This document shows, piece by piece, positions 62,166 to 64,000 of a stretch of DNA of 64,000 bases. Every line of letters begins with the position of its first letter. Position 1 is the stretch's first letter. The stretch is from Carcharhinus longimanus (taxonomy: Eukaryota): assembly GCA_030264375.1 (NCBI GenBank), contig JASCQW010000099.1:43178417-43242416 (forward strand), read 5' to 3'. The position numbers were made by a program, and so were the translations under genes. Under the pieces are notes generated by a model, which saw nothing but the letters and a program-made list of their open reading frames with translations, was not told the DNA's origin and did not search any database.

Positions 62166-63424
62166 GTCTCTAGATATACTGACTGAGAATTTATTCCACA
62201 TCATCTCTGTCAATCCCATCATCATATCTTTAAAGTTAACTTTGATTAAAATCCAATCTTTGCTAGGCAACCCTCCATTCTTCCTGTCAAGCCTGATAGT
62301 GAATTCATAATATTATTCACAAGGTATTCCCTTTCTGTCACTTTATTGACTACTTCTTGTTCATTACTCATCATTTGTTGCCTGTGCCCATGTTTGATTA
62401 AAAACACGCTGTTCTAGGAGCCGATCCTGAATATATTCAATAAACCTAATCCCTTTCCTAATCATGTTATGATTTCTCTATGAATCTATATAAGGCTACA
62501 ATTTCCATGTTTTTCTTTTCAGAGACACCTCTGATCTGGAAAGACATACATTGCTCTGTAAACTTATTGAAGGCAGGAAGCCTACAACATACTAGCATTA
62601 GCTTGCATCCTTTCCTGTTCCTTAATTGCATCCATAGTCATTTCACCAACCGACTCTACACACTTAGACCCTTCCTTTAGTGAATGCATATTCTTAATAT
62701 TGCCAAGACCATCTCCATTCCTGCTTGCTGTAATAACTCCTCCGAGGCTTCGTAGCCCTTCAACAAACTTTGATTTATTTACATAGCAAGCAACACTCAG
62801 ACAGTTACTTCCTCATACAGAGTATAAACCTAGGGAGCCAGTAACCCTGATACTCCACATTACGTACACATGCAGGGTCCCCAAACTAGACAAATCATTA
62901 CTGCCTTAATCTGGGAGCTCATATTCTAAGAGGTCCACATCGTGGGCCATGTTAATGTCATTACACTTGTTTTATGTCTTTAATTCTATTACTTTATTTG
63001 TAATATCAGCAGATGACAACTCTTTAGACAAAACTGAAATGAAATACAACAAATTGATTTCCACAGGATTAATCTGTTTGTACGCATTGTGACCTGGGTC
63101 CTAATGGAAACATTTGGGATTAACTTGTTCTTACTTTCTTACCTTGGGCACAGTAGCTTCATTACAGTCATGGCTACAATGGCTATAGTCTCTTGTCATA
63201 CTTAATATATTATTATTTGTGTGGGGATGGTGCCTTTTCTTGCCATGTCCCTGCTGCTGGACATCTTTCAGAATGACCACTAATCCACACCAAATTCTAC
63301 AGGAAGTAAAATCTAGCAATAATAACATAATTACCCTTTTGATAATGCAAAAATTCTTAATGATTGTCAGTCAAACTCCCTGGCTCAGAGAATGAACAGT
63401 TTATAAGTGTAGAATCTCATTCCT

Positions 63425-63855
63425 TCAGCTTGATGAAGGTCACAGGCCTGAAAGGTTACCAGTGTTTCTTTCTCCACATACTTCTTTTTATTAGTGTTAC
63501 AAGTAGGTTTACATTAACACTGCAATGAAGTTACTGTGAAAATCCCCTAGTTGTCACATCTGGCACCTATTTGGGTACACTGAGAGAGAATTTAGCATGG
63601 CCAATGCATCTAACCAGCACAATTTTTGGCCTGTGGGAGGAAACCAGAGCACTCACTCAGACACAGAGAGAACGTGCAGACTCTACACTGACAGCTACCC
63701 AAGCCAGGATTCAAACCTGGGTCTCTGGAGCTGTGAAGCAACAGTGTTAACCACTTTGTCGTCATTATTGTGTCACCGTATGCTGCAGATTTCCAGCAAT
63801 TTCTGTTTTTATTTTCATTTCTGATTTCCAGCACCTGCAGTATTTTGCTTTTGTA
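63425..63855 (+). mobile_element. Second PLE-like terminal repeat family, split by a V-SINE B (63485-63780, minus)
   Basis: TTGATGAAGGTCACAGGCCTGAAAGGTTA...TTTCTCCACA [SINE] ATGCTGC..TTTCCAGCAATTTCTGTTTTTATTT...TTTCCAGCACCTGCAG. Confidence 0.6.
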
Positions 63856-64000
63856 TTTTGTTGTTATTATGCTGTGAATTGTGTTGTGTTTTTTAAATGT
63901 CAGACTAAGAGAGTGTAATTTTCCCAAAATTTGTTAGAATATTAGGTTCAAACTGAAAACCAATGTGTATCTCTCCAGGTACAGAGTTCAGTTCTCACTT

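Noticed and set aside
1-64000. CRISPR array, prokaryotic operon or defence system
   Set aside because: There is no regularly spaced repeat-spacer array and no gene-dense region; the content is vertebrate retroelement-rich DNA.

Overview
This window is eukaryotic, repeat-dense, gapped DNA. The SINE and LINE families (HE1-type V-SINEs, CR1/HER1-like, Rex1) point to a shark or other elasmobranch genome, probably intronic or intergenic. I recognise no intact host protein-coding gene, rRNA, tRNA or CRISPR array. Most ORF-track entries are chance ORFs, N-gap artefacts or decayed transposon frames. Main contents: (1) two decayed Gypsy LTR proviruses on the minus strand, each with paired LTRs, a PPT and an exact 5-bp TSD (1632-7749, CAACT; 53880-57859, CAAAG); (2) CR1, Rex1 and RTE LINE fragments and many tRNA-derived SINEs; (3) PIF/Harbinger relics (transposase, Myb/SANT exons) and their MITEs; (4) Penelope-like terminal repeats with minimal hammerhead-ribozyme motifs, including a foldback element with a ~16-bp TSD. 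The most notable observations are the hammerhead motifs, a V-SINE subfamily that seems to carry a Rex1-type 3' tail, two RFX X-box motifs in TE-poor sequence, and a well-formed orphan exon candidate (35323-35424). Coordinates of degraded repeats are approximate and were read by eye.
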